From assembly GCA_049840435.1 (NCBI GenBank), contig JASGKY010000036.1, positions 58,936 to 122,935 of the forward strand: DNA of 64,000 nucleotides. Reading direction: 5' to 3'. Positions 1 through 9,080 of this stretch are shown here, in pieces. A program made the position numbers and the translations under genes. This DNA comes from Verrucomicrobiota bacterium (GTDB lineage Bacteria > Verrucomicrobiota > Verrucomicrobiia > Limisphaerales > JADLHS01). The number at the start of each line of letters is the position of its first letter. Position 1 is the first letter of the stretch. The notes below the pieces were generated by a model that saw nothing but the letters and a program-made list of their open reading frames with translations, ran no database searches and was not told the DNA's origin.

Positions 1-358
1 AGCAATCTGCGGGTGGGCTTGCAATATCTTGCCGCGTGGCTCGGGGGCAACGGCTGCGTGCCGCTATACAATTTGATGGAAGACGCGGCCACGGCGGAGA
101 TTTCCCGGTCGCAGATCTGGCAATGGTTGCGTTACGCGCCCATGATTGAAGACGGCGCGTTGCGGGGGCGGGAAGTGACGACCGGGCTGTACCGATGAAG
201 TCATCGCGCGGGAATTGCACCGCATCGAGAACGACATCGGCCACGCGCACTACAGCAAGGGGCACTACGAGAAGGCGGCAAAATTATTCACCGACATGTC
301 ACGCAGCCGGGAGTTTGCGGAGTTCCTCACCTTGCCGGCGTATGCGTTGATTGACTGA
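1..358 (+). CDS. aceB: Malate synthase A, 3' end (partial; single-base frameshift near 193)
   Basis: [27 protein letters not shown] catalytic-region motif. A shifted frame continues [12 protein letters not shown]...[12 protein letters not shown] to TGA at 356-358. Confidence 0.9.
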
Positions 359-378
359 AATTGTGTTGGGGAAAATAG

Positions 379-407
379 CAAAGCCGGCTCACCCGAGCCG
401 GCTTTTG
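379..407. terminator. Intrinsic terminator, probably bidirectional
   Basis: AAGCCGGCTC-accc-GAGCCGGCTT hairpin flanked by A and T runs, between convergent genes. Confidence 0.8.
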
Positions 408-432
408 CCAACCACAACTGATCGCACTGAAA

Positions 433-1198
433 TTATTTCCGCGCCCGGCGCAACGTGATCAAACCACCGAGACCAAGGCTCAACAAGGCTGCGGTGCCGG
501 GCTCGGGGACGGCGAGCCGCGCGACATAGACATTGTCGAAGTAGGCCGCTTGGGCGGAGCTAAGATTAGAGCCAACCTTGACCGTATCCAAGCTGCGGTC
601 GGTCAGGGCTGTGGTATCTAGTGACTTCGATAAAATCCCATCCACATAATAGTTCACGGCTGTGTCGGAGATTTGCGCTTCCAACGTATGCCAGCCCGTG
701 GCGCGGGTCGGTGCTCCAACTCCATCGAGTTTGAAAAAGGCGCTCGCGCCGGCTCCACCGTCAAATCCCAAGATGCGCGCCATGTAGTAGGAACTGGCGA
801 TATTATTGTTCAAGCCCATCGCAAATAGTTGGCCGGCGCTGCCGGGAGCAGAGCCGTCGTCCAATTCGGCATACTGGCGGTAAGTGGCCGCGGTGCCATT
901 GGAATCATAGAAATCAAACCGGAAGGTGATGACGTCCGCGTGTGCCGTTTAAGAAGCCGATTTCGCCGACGCTGCGAGCGTTGCGGGACGCTGTGGTCAG
1001 GCCTTTCACTGATTGACTCAAACTGACCGCTTGTTCAGTGCTTAAGGTTGCAGTCGTTGCATTAGGCGTCCAAGCGGCCTCAAAGGCGGCTTGGGTGGAA
1101 TATTCGTCAAAATTCTCATTGAGAAAAACCTGCGCGTTGGAGGCAAACGGTGCAAATGCGAGGCCAAGTAGACCGGCAATTAATTTTTGAGGCTTCAT
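433..1198 (-). CDS. PEP-CTERM sorting-domain protein (frameshift near 940 joins ORFs 914..1357 and 433..864)
   Basis: Signal peptide MKPQKLIAGLLGLAFAPFASNAQ. C-terminus VPEPGTAALLSLGLGGLITLRRARK. The junction reads DVITFRFDFYDSNG after removing one base. Confidence 0.85.
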
Positions 1199-1355
1199 GA
1201 ATTCTGATTTGATTGACATCGTTTCTACTCCCAATTTCCAAGACTTAAACCTGCATAAAGATGTTTTGAGCCGAACCAAGTCGGGAAATCGCGGCGCTGC
1301 TAGTGTTGCGGAAAGATTGCCTGCTGGCGCAAACGTCGCTAAACCACCTGCGAGC

Positions 1356-1913
1356 ATGAACTCGGTGCCTGATGATTTAACCCGTCCCGAAGTCCGTTCC
1401 GCGAATGAACCGCTTTCGCCCGACTCTGCCAGTCGGCGTGTGGTGACGATTCTCGCCGACAGCGGAGTTGCAACGAGTCAACTCCAACCACTCGCGCGGC
1501 AGTCGCTCGCCGAGGCGGTGCGGGTGTTACACCCCGGCGGATTGCTCTTCATCTATGGTGCGCCAGCGGAATTGCCGCACTGGGGTGAATATCTGCTGAC
1601 GACACCGGAGGTGGCAGCGCAAACCGTATTTAAGTATTGGATAGCGATTGATTTGAATGACAAGGCTCGCGAAGGGTTTCTGCAGCCGACGCATCAGGGG
1701 TTGTTGCTTTTTATGAAGCGCGACTCCGCTCGCAAGACCTCACCGCCATTCCGGCTCCACGTCAACGACGTGCGCGTACCGCATCGCGACTGCCCGGCCT
1801 GCGGAGAAAATGTGAAGGATTGGGGCGGCAAGAAACACCTGATTAATCCACTTGGGGCCGCGCCCTCCGATGTCTGGCGGGATTTGCCACGCCGCTCGTT
1901 GCCCAGAGAATGA
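1356..1913 (+). CDS. Degenerate N4/N6 DNA-methyltransferase-like domain (probable N-terminal half of the downstream MTase)
   Basis: EAVRVLHPGGLLFI, HQGLLLFMK, DVRVPH, KDWGGKKH and PSDVW motifs parallel beta-class MTases. No DPPY. Confidence 0.6.
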   Translation: MNSVPDDLTRPEVRSANEPLSPDSASRRVVTILADSGVATSQLQPLARQSLAEAVRVLHPGGLLFIYGAPAELPHWGEYLLTTPEVAAQTVFKYWIAIDLNDKAREGFLQPTHQGLLLFMKRDSARKTSPPFRLHVNDVRVPHRDCPACGENVKDWGGKKHLINPLGAAPSDVWRDLPRRSLPRE

Positions 1914-1997
1914 GCTTCCAGCTGACGTGCTGGCGCGCATTGCTAAGCTCGCCGGGGTGAAACCAGAGGAGGTGCTACAACTCGCACCCAGTCTTCG

Positions 1998-3095
1998 GTG
2001 CGAACCAAAGTCCTCGGTAAACTTGCGCCTGCCGCGCGGTTGCCCCTCGCTCCGGCGGAGCATACCTTTGACAAACTGGCCCGCGTCGAGCTGGATCAGG
2101 TTTATGCTGGCGACTGTCTTTCCTTGCTGCATCGCGTTGAGGTATTGCATCCGAATGGTCTGTTCGATTTGGCTTTTGCTGATCCGCCTTACAATTTGGA
2201 AAAGAAATACAGCCAGTGGGACGACGCCATGGCTGACCAGCACTATCTCGAATGGTGTAATGCCTGGCTCGCCGGGATGGCGGCGACGCTCAAGCCCGGT
2301 GGCAGCTTGTTCGTGCTAAACCTCCCCAAGTGGGCGATCCATCACGCTGCATTTCTCAACCAGCAACTTGATTTCCGCCATTGGATTGCCTGGGACGCGT
2401 TGTCTGATCCGCGGGGCAAACTGATGCCGGCGCATTACGCGTTGCTCTGGTTTACCAAGCCGGGCGGTAAACCGGTTTGCAATTACTCCCCAGTCGATAG
2501 CAAGCCTCGCGACGGATTTGTCGCCCCGCCAGATTCAGCGCAATACTGTCTCCGAGCGAAATGCGTGCACCAACGCAAGGCTTTGGGGGATGACATGAAA
2601 GTAGAGTTGTCCGACGTCTGGTTCGATATCCATCGTATCAAACACAAGCGCGACCGGGACGCGCATCCCTGCCAGTTGCCGGAGAAGTTAATGGAACGCA
2701 TTATCAAGCTGGCCTCGCGACCGGGTGATGTGGTGTTTGATCCATTCTGTGGCGCGGGGACGACGGCTATCGCTGCGATGAAACTGGGCCGCAAATTTGT
2801 TGTCACCGATTTGGATGGAGAATATGTCCGCATCACCAATGAAAAGTTGGCGGCCATGCGTGAGCACGCGGACATGTTCGGCGAGTTTGTCGTGCCGCGC
2901 GAAGCCACGAAGCGCCAACGCGGGGATCTGACCAAGCGCGAGATTGAATCGTATTTGCAGGAGTTGGCGCAACGATTGAGCCGGCTGCCGACGGAGGAAG
3001 ACGTGTTGGCTGATCGTCCGGGGTTGTTGCCGGAAATTGATCGGATCTACCCAAATCGCGGGGCGGCGTTCAAGCGGGCGAAGATTGGATTGTGA
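1998..3095 (+). CDS. Site-specific DNA methyltransferase, beta class (N4-C/N6-A), orphan
   Basis: GDCL, ADPPY (2181), LKPGGS, HPCQLPEKL, DPFCGAGTT. Catalytic motif precedes the SAM-binding motif. Confidence 0.9.
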   Translation: MRTKVLGKLAPAARLPLAPAEHTFDKLARVELDQVYAGDCLSLLHRVEVLHPNGLFDLAFADPPYNLEKKYSQWDDAMADQHYLEWCNAWLAGMAATLKPGGSLFVLNLPKWAIHHAAFLNQQLDFRHWIAWDALSDPRGKLMPAHYALLWFTKPGGKPVCNYSPVDSKPRDGFVAPPDSAQYCLRAKCVHQRKALGDDMKVELSDVWFDIHRIKHKRDRDAHPCQLPEKLMERIIKLASRPGDVVFDPFCGAGTTAIAAMKLGRKFVVTDLDGEYVRITNEKLAAMREHADMFGEFVVPREATKRQRGDLTKREIESYLQELAQRLSRLPTEEDVLADRPGLLPEIDRIYPNRGAAFKRAKIGL

Positions 3096-3101
3096 GCCGG
3101 A

Positions 3102-3491
3102 TTATTTCCCCGGCAGCAACAGATCCAGCGCGATCGCCACAATGGACAGCCCGAAGATGGCGAGGTAATTCCAATCCTCCTGCGAGGCGCGCACGGATTT
3201 CAGCAAATAAAGGGCGGCTTCACGTTCATCCTGAGTCGGACTTTCTCCCGTGCGGATTTTCTCGATGACGTTCGTATGGGCGATGGTCCGCTTACGGCGC
3301 TGCGAGATGTAATAGCGATACATGAAGAAAAGCATGTAACCCAGCACGCCGAAGTACCACACAGGCCGCACCCAGCCGGGGGAATATTTTTGCAGCAGGA
3401 TGATGGCGCGGAACGCCACCGACGACAGCAAGCCCAATAGGAAGAAACCAAAGATGACCGGCTTGGGAATGATTTTGGGTGCGGTGGACAT
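3102..3491 (-). CDS. Small membrane protein (about 3 TM)
   Basis: 129-aa ORF with three hydrophobic segments. Confidence 0.75.
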   Translation of the reverse strand: MSTAPKIIPKPVIFGFFLLGLLSSVAFRAIILLQKYSPGWVRPVWYFGVLGYMLFFMYRYYISQRRKRTIAHTNVIEKIRTGESPTQDEREAALYLLKSVRASQEDWNYLAIFGLSIVAIALDLLLPGK

Positions 3492-3602
3492 AAATTAGTT
3501 TTGTCCACTTGGTAAAAGGGACGCCAACGCGCGGCAAGCAGCAAACCGCTGCGGTTTTTGCTTCCGGTGGCCTAGAAGCTCTCTCATAAATCTGAAAACT
3601 AA

Positions 3603-3665
3603 TGTAACGGCGGTCTGTGACTGCCGTTTTCGGGAAAACGTCGGCGTTCACAGCGCACGGCTACA
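3603..3665. repeat. GTAG-type REP-like inverted doublet
   Basis: TGTAACGGCGGTCTGTGACTGCCG (3603-3626) versus CGGCGTTCACAGCGCACGGCTACA (3642-3665), with a GTTTTC-gg-GAAAAC hairpin between them. Confidence 0.55.
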
Positions 3666-3683
3666 GTATTTATGAGATGGCTT

Positions 3684-5192
3684 TTAGGGGGCAGAGGATC
3701 GCCAGATCCAGTCGCCGTTTTCAAGGTTGGGCGCAGCTTTGCCGTCGTCGTCCGTTTCATTCCAGCCGACGGAGTAGAGCGTGAAGCCACCGTCGGCTTC
3801 GTGTCGATACTTGAGCGGTTGATTGCCGATGAGATCGTTGGGAATGGTGGCGAGGAATTGGGGCCGCAAAGCCGCCAGCGAGTCCGGGTATTGCCTGTGG
3901 GCTTGATGGTATCGTTCCAAGGCGCAAGCGATCCGCGCCTGATTGACGGAGGTCTGGTTTCTGGCCGTGGTTTGGAGGGCTTTGTAGAAATTGGGAATCG
4001 CAACTTTTGCAATCAGATTGAACAACGAGGTGCGCTCCAGTTCGGTTTGCAACTTGTCCAAGGCGGTTTTGATTTCCTTGGGGTGGATGTTGGTCTGACA
4101 ACCTCGAACACTTTCCAGAACCATTCGTTCCAAGGAAGTGCAGACGGCGAGGTTTTGGAAGAGCCAGCCGCGGGGTGCGAGATTGTAAGCTTTAAGTTTC
4201 AGTCCTTTGGACCAATCCCGCCAGGAGCCAAGCAAGCTTTTTTGGGGGGATGCTTGTGATGCTTTTGTGACGACCGAACTCAGGGCCAATAATTTGTCGA
4301 ATGGCTCATGTTCAAAAGTGTGACTGGTGGCGGTCAATTCGCAGCGCAACCCTTCGTAAACCGGGCCGGGCAGGTTGAGTTCCGCCAGCTGAGATTCCAA
4401 GGCGAACAACTGCGGTTCTTGCCAAGCGTGCAACTGCAATCCTTCTTCGATGATGCTTGTGTAAAGTCCAGTGATGGCGACATGAATCATCGCGGCGACC
4501 AGGGTCATGGGTTTGCCCGTGGGCTGTCCGAGCAACAGTTTGCGCATGGCATGGATGAAGGTCAGGTCGTTCAAGGCCGCCGCCGGTTGATTCAACAGCA
4601 GGTGACAATGGGCGCGTTGCGCAAAAGTCTGCGCGAGGTTGCGCAAGGCGACCATGTTGGGGATGAGTATTTCATACGGCCGAGTGTAGTCACCGCCGAT
4701 GCGGGCGTAGGGGCGTTGCAAGGCGACGTGAATCTGAGTAAACTCGGTTTCAAATTGCTCGCTCCACGCCAGAAAATCGGTTGCCGTCGTGGTGTTGGTG
4801 ATGTGGCTTTCTTTGCCGAAAAGGTGCTGGCTAGGATGTTTGAGTGTGGAGAGGAAGTTGGTCGGGGGCTGGTCGTTCTGTCCGGTTACAGAAAATCCCT
4901 GGCGGACGAACCATTCCTGCATGTGCGGCGCTTTGAAAATGTTTTGCTCATCGGGGATGGCTGGTGGAATCAGCTTATTCCAATCCATTTCGTAGCCTGC
5001 GGCGATCAAATCGTGTTTGCGTTCTTCCCACGCGCGTTGCCCGCGCCAATTCTCGATGGTGTAAAAGGTGGCGAGCAGCGTGATCAGTGCCGCCAGCGTG
5101 ACCAACGCGCGGCGGATGGTGCGCCACGAAAAGAGCCAGGCGCGTAATTGTTTCAGCCGGTTTGGGCGTGGATGGGGTTGGCTCTCATTCAT
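3684..5192 (-). CDS. Membrane-anchored uncharacterised protein with pseudopilin-G-like C-terminus (ECF module 2, gene 3)
   Basis: N-terminal TM followed by ENWRGQRAW. C-terminal ALERYHQAHRQYPDSLAAL...FTLYSVGWNETDDDG. Paralog of 6265..8046. Confidence 0.75.
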   Translation of the reverse strand: MNESQPHPRPNRLKQLRAWLFSWRTIRRALVTLAALITLLATFYTIENWRGQRAWEERKHDLIAAGYEMDWNKLIPPAIPDEQNIFKAPHMQEWFVRQGFSVTGQNDQPPTNFLSTLKHPSQHLFGKESHITNTTTATDFLAWSEQFETEFTQIHVALQRPYARIGGDYTRPYEILIPNMVALRNLAQTFAQRAHCHLLLNQPAAALNDLTFIHAMRKLLLGQPTGKPMTLVAAMIHVAITGLYTSIIEEGLQLHAWQEPQLFALESQLAELNLPGPVYEGLRCELTATSHTFEHEPFDKLLALSSVVTKASQASPQKSLLGSWRDWSKGLKLKAYNLAPRGWLFQNLAVCTSLERMVLESVRGCQTNIHPKEIKTALDKLQTELERTSLFNLIAKVAIPNFYKALQTTARNQTSVNQARIACALERYHQAHRQYPDSLAALRPQFLATIPNDLIGNQPLKYRHEADGGFTLYSVGWNETDDDGKAAPNLENGDWIWRSSAP

Positions 5193-5209
5193 AATCATAA
5201 CAGATTTTT

Positions 5210-5632
5210 TTACGCCACCTTCCAGCGGAGCGGGCGTTCGCCACGCGGTCGGGGGGTGAATGGGATTGAGGGTGGAATGACTTGGATTTCCACAGTGCCG
5301 GATAGCTCGGCCAGTAATCGTTTCTCTTCCTGATACTTTTGCCACAGTTCCATCGGAGCGCTGGTTGGGGCGGAGGCGGTGGCGTGCGGTGTGCCGGAGA
5401 TCTGGGTGTTGGCGATGAGCAGCAGAACCCACGTCGCTGCCAGCCCCGTCCAGATGCGGTGCGCCGGCAGGATGAGTTCTCGCCAGATAGTTAGCACGCA
5501 ATGGAGCGGGAGCGGTTTGTGGCGCGCGATCGATGTGGGGGAGAGTTGGGCCACGACTTCGTGCCGGAGGGCGTCGAGCTTGGCGTCGGCGGCATCGTGG
5601 CGATGGATAAGGACTTCACGTGGGGTTTTCAT
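5210..5632 (-). CDS. Putative single-TM anti-sigma factor (ECF module 2)
   Basis: 4-bp start/stop overlap with the sigma gene. WTGLAATWVLLL TM segment. Paralog of 8058..8513. Confidence 0.65.
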   Translation of the reverse strand: MKTPREVLIHRHDAADAKLDALRHEVVAQLSPTSIARHKPLPLHCVLTIWRELILPAHRIWTGLAATWVLLLIANTQISGTPHATASAPTSAPMELWQKYQEEKRLLAELSGTVEIQVIPPSIPFTPRPRGERPLRWKVA

Positions 5633-6183
5633 GTGACTTTGACCTCCCATAAGGTGCGCAACATTTTCTTGGCGTAGTGCAAGCGTGACTTCACCGTGCC
5701 CAGTGGCGTAGCTGTGACGGCGGCGATGTCTTCGAGCGAGAAATCTTCCATGAAATGCAGCAGTAACACCGCGCGGTGCGGCGGTGGAAGTTGGTCCAAC
5801 AGCTTCATGAATTCAGCCTCTTGCTCGAGGCGAAGGAGCAGGTCACTGGGATCAGTTTCCAATTCTTCAGGTGTGGCCGCGAATTTTTCGAGCGCCTCCT
5901 TTTCACGATCGTGTTTGCGCCAGCGTTGCTGGCATTTCTGATGTGCGACACCAAAGAGCCAGCTGCCGAACTTGGCGTCGTCGCGCAAACTGCCGAGGTG
6001 CCGCGTGGCGGCGATGAAGGTTTCCTGCACGATGTCGAGGCTTGCTTGTTCGTCGTGGACCAGCTCATACGCAAAAACGTAAAGCGGCTTTTGGAAGCGG
6101 CGAAAGAGAGCGTCCCAAGCCTCCGATTTCCCAGCCCGGGCTTGGGCGACGGGCAGTTGTTCGTGTGCAGCCACCAACAGCAT
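5629..6183 (-). CDS. ECF RNA polymerase sigma-70 factor
   Basis: Region 2 DIVQETF...FGSWLFGVA. Region 4 LPPPHR...FSLEDIAAVTATPLGTVKSRLHYA. Confidence 0.92.
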   Translation of the reverse strand: MLLVAAHEQLPVAQARAGKSEAWDALFRRFQKPLYVFAYELVHDEQASLDIVQETFIAATRHLGSLRDDAKFGSWLFGVAHQKCQQRWRKHDREKEALEKFAATPEELETDPSDLLLRLEQEAEFMKLLDQLPPPHRAVLLLHFMEDFSLEDIAAVTATPLGTVKSRLHYAKKMLRTLWEVKVT

Positions 6184-6194
6184 TTACAACCAGT

Positions 6195-6221
6195 GGAATG
6201 CCAATGGCGAGAAAAGGTTCA
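6195..6221 (-). promoter_or_regulatory. Candidate ECF autoregulatory promoter TGAACC-N15-CATTCC
   Basis: Minus strand, 11 nt upstream of the sigma ATG. GAAC-type -35 is typical of ECF promoters. Confidence 0.4.
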
Positions 6222-6264
6222 ATGCAAGGTGAAGTTTCCTGGAATGCTGACAGCCGTTAGATGG

Positions 6265-8046
6265 CTATTTAGTTGGATAACGCCAGACCCAGTCGCCTTT
6301 CTTGGCGTCCACTCCGCCCCCTTTGCTCAGCTCGACGGTGCCGCCGTCGTCGGTTTCGTTCCAGCCAACAGAGTAGAGGATGAAACTGCCGTCATCCGTG
6401 CGGCGATACTTGAGCGGCTGCCCATTGATGACATCGTGAGGGAGTTGCGCGAGGAATTTGGGCGCGAGCGCCGTGAGGTTTTCGGGGAATTGTCCGTGGG
6501 CGAGGCGGTGGCGCTCCAGTGCGATGGCGACGCGGGCGAGGTCGGTGGAATTTTGCGCGACGACGAATTTCTCGGCGGCTTTCTGCAACGCGGGCAAGAG
6601 GAGGCGGGAAAACCAGTCGTATGGAGTTGGTCGGGTCAGCCGCTTCCCATAGACCTGTTGGGCGTTTGCTACAGCGGAAGCAGAATAGGTTCGCGTTTGA
6701 AGATTGATGATCTGGGAGAAGTAGCCGGCATGGATCTCGCAAAGGGAGAGTTTGTTTTGCTCGAACCAACCGCCGGGAATGGCATTCACAGCAAGAGTTT
6801 GGAGGCGATCCGGCTTTGGTGTGTTGACGTCGTCAAAATTCCAGCCCATGTTCGCCAGCTCGCTGCGGTTACGCCGCATATAATCAATGATGCTACAGCC
6901 AAATGCCCGCTCGCCGCGCATGGTAAATTGATAGGCGGCTAGGAAATCAAAATTGCCGAGTTCGGCGTTCAAGGCGGCGAGCTGGGCTTCATTCCACTTA
7001 TGATCGGCCAGGCCTTCCCAGATGGGCTGAAGTTCAATGTTAAACATGGCGATGCACACCAGATGCGAGATGAGAAAGGGTTCGCTGCGGATGGCATCCT
7101 GCAAACGGGACATCAGCTTGATGTCATCCAGCGCGCGGTCGGATTGATCGGCTTGCAGTTCCGCCACCGCCCGCATTTTAAGCGTCGTCGTGCAACCCTT
7201 CAGCGAAGCCAGGTGCGGAAGCAAGATCATGGCTGGGTTATCGTCGGTGTAGCTGACCGGGAAATGGGCCTGGGGTAGTTTGCTGGCCGCGCGCAGTCGC
7301 TCAAGCGCCGGGGCATAGCGGCTCAAAGCGAGCAAAACATCGGCGGCGGGCGTTTGGGGTTCGGCGGCGACGGGAAAGAAATTTGTGGTGGCAGCTAGGT
7401 TGCGATAGTACGTCTGCCAGGCTGTTAGATCAGTTTTCTCTGCGACCTGCCAATTGCCGCTATGGTTGGTCTGCTTCAATTTGTGCTCGTAAAGTTCAAT
7501 CGAAATTTGCAATGGCCGGATGCGGTTGGTGTAGCCCAAGGCGGTGACTTTATCTCCGTACCAAGTCCGGGCCTTTTCCATGCCCATTGCGCCGCTGATT
7601 TCCTCCACCCAGATCGGCTGCATGGCGAAGTTTTGATCGTCAGGAACGGGTGCAGGGGTGAGACTGGCGATGGTGAAGATTTCGCCTTTGGCTTCCGCAG
7701 TGAGTTTGTATTTCTGCCAGGCCCGGTGGCCGCGAAAGTTTTCCACCGCATAAAACAGGGCGAGCAAGGTAACCAAGCAAGCCAGGCCAAAAGCGAATCG
7801 CTTGGCGTTTCGCCAGCAGCAGAGCCAGCGGATAAGCCAAACGATGACCATGATCAGGAGGGAAATACTCAGCGCCAAGCCGAGTGCCGGTAGAATGTGT
7901 TCGGCTGGGTTCTGGTTCTGGGCTGAGGCAAGGCCGAGACCCAGCAGAATCATAAAAATGGTGACGGCCAACAGGGCGAACCAGACGAATATCTTGCGCC
8001 AGCCTTGCCATGGGCGGGTCCAAACTGATTTGGGTTTATCGTTCAT
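6265..8046 (-). CDS. Membrane-anchored uncharacterised protein with pseudopilin-G-like C-terminus (ECF module 1, gene 3)
   Basis: Three N-terminal TM segments, ENFRGHRAW, PVPDDQNF, and C-terminal ALERHRLAHGQFPENL...FILYSVGWNETDDGG...GDWVW. Confidence 0.8.
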   Translation of the reverse strand: MNDKPKSVWTRPWQGWRKIFVWFALLAVTIFMILLGLGLASAQNQNPAEHILPALGLALSISLLIMVIVWLIRWLCCWRNAKRFAFGLACLVTLLALFYAVENFRGHRAWQKYKLTAEAKGEIFTIASLTPAPVPDDQNFAMQPIWVEEISGAMGMEKARTWYGDKVTALGYTNRIRPLQISIELYEHKLKQTNHSGNWQVAEKTDLTAWQTYYRNLAATTNFFPVAAEPQTPAADVLLALSRYAPALERLRAASKLPQAHFPVSYTDDNPAMILLPHLASLKGCTTTLKMRAVAELQADQSDRALDDIKLMSRLQDAIRSEPFLISHLVCIAMFNIELQPIWEGLADHKWNEAQLAALNAELGNFDFLAAYQFTMRGERAFGCSIIDYMRRNRSELANMGWNFDDVNTPKPDRLQTLAVNAIPGGWFEQNKLSLCEIHAGYFSQIINLQTRTYSASAVANAQQVYGKRLTRPTPYDWFSRLLLPALQKAAEKFVVAQNSTDLARVAIALERHRLAHGQFPENLTALAPKFLAQLPHDVINGQPLKYRRTDDGSFILYSVGWNETDDGGTVELSKGGGVDAKKGDWVWRYPTK

Positions 8047-8057
8047 AAAATTTCAAA

Positions 8058-8513
8058 CTAGGTGATGGCGCTTTCCTCGCGTCGCTGGCTGCGCGGGCTG
8101 GGGATGTTGGTTTTGAGGCGTTCTGTCGGTTGTTGTTCCGGGCGGCCCACCAGTTCGGCGTACAACAGGCGTTGCTGTTTCAAAGCTTGTAATGTCTCTG
8201 GCGTTGTGGGCGCAGCTGAACTCGTAATCGAAGTTGTCTTGGTGCTTTCACTTGTTGCTAGATGCAGTGTGCCAATGACGATCCAGGTCGCGACGAGTCC
8301 CGCCCAAGCAACGCGTTGCGGTCGGGCTAGCAGGGCTTGAAACAACTGGAAAAATCCCAACCGCGGGAAGTGCGTTTTTTGAGTTGATGTAGCGGACGAT
8401 TGTGCGGCGTTCAGGATTTCCTCGCGCCAGGCAGGTGGAGTTTTGCCGGGAGCAATTTGTTGCAATCGTTTCTCGAAGCTGGCGTCTCTGTTGTTCCATT
8501 CTTCATTCATCAT
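8058..8513 (-). CDS. Putative single-TM anti-sigma factor (ECF module 1)
   Basis: 4-bp overlap with the sigma stop. FEKRL...PPAWREEIL N-domain, WAGLVATWIVI TM, QQRLLYAEL, PSPRSQR. Confidence 0.65.
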   Translation of the reverse strand: MMNEEWNNRDASFEKRLQQIAPGKTPPAWREEILNAAQSSATSTQKTHFPRLGFFQLFQALLARPQRVAWAGLVATWIVIGTLHLATSESTKTTSITSSAAPTTPETLQALKQQRLLYAELVGRPEQQPTERLKTNIPSPRSQRREESAIT

Positions 8514-9025
8514 TCAGCCTTCTTCATTTCCTCGTAAAGGGGACGCAGCCGGGTGCGCAGTTTGTCTAAGCCGTAGCGATACCGGCTGGCGGCAGTGTTC
8601 AAGGGGATTTCTAGGGTGGTGGCGATTTCCTCAAAGGTCAGTCCGGCCCAGAGTTTCAGGTGGACGACGGCGCGTTGGTCGGCCGGCAATTCGCCGAGTG
8701 CGGCGGCGAGTTCCGTGCGGAAGGCGACTTCATCCGGATCGTCCACTGGAGCGAAGAGGGAGAGTTGTTCCGCGCCAAATTGCTCGTGGTGTTTATCGCG
8801 CGTCCCGCGCCGGCGCATCAGATCAATCGCGGCGTTGTGCGCGAGGCGGAGGAGGAAGGAACGTTCGTCGCGGGCGTTGGCGAGTAGGTCGGGCTGGCGG
8901 GCGAGTTTAACGAAAATTTCCTGAAGCACGTCGCGCGTGTCGGATTCGTCGCGGGTGAAATTCAAAAGAAAGGCGAACAACGCCTGAGCGTGTCCGTCGT
9001 AGAGCCTTTCAAGTTCCGATGGCAT
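8510..9025 (-). CDS. ECF RNA polymerase sigma-70 factor
   Basis: DVLQEIFVKL, AHNAAID, LPADQRAVVHLK...LTFEEIA...NTAASRYRYG. Confidence 0.92.
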   Translation of the reverse strand: MPSELERLYDGHAQALFAFLLNFTRDESDTRDVLQEIFVKLARQPDLLANARDERSFLLRLAHNAAIDLMRRRGTRDKHHEQFGAEQLSLFAPVDDPDEVAFRTELAAALGELPADQRAVVHLKLWAGLTFEEIATTLEIPLNTAASRYRYGLDKLRTRLRPLYEEMKKAE

Positions 9026-9041
9026 CCGAATGCTTTCTGTC

Positions 9042-9068
9042 AGGACGCGCGCGGGGCGGCAATTTGTC
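9042..9068 (-). promoter_or_regulatory. Candidate ECF autoregulatory promoter GACAAA-N15-CGTCCT
   Basis: Minus strand, 16 nt upstream of the sigma ATG. CGTC -10 is typical of ECF promoters. Confidence 0.45.
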
Positions 9069-9080
9069 TAACCGGCTTTT

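Noticed and set aside
1356-3491. MTase plus convergent membrane protein as a restriction-modification or defence system
   Set aside because: No nuclease motifs nearby, and the small membrane gene is convergent and apparently unrelated.
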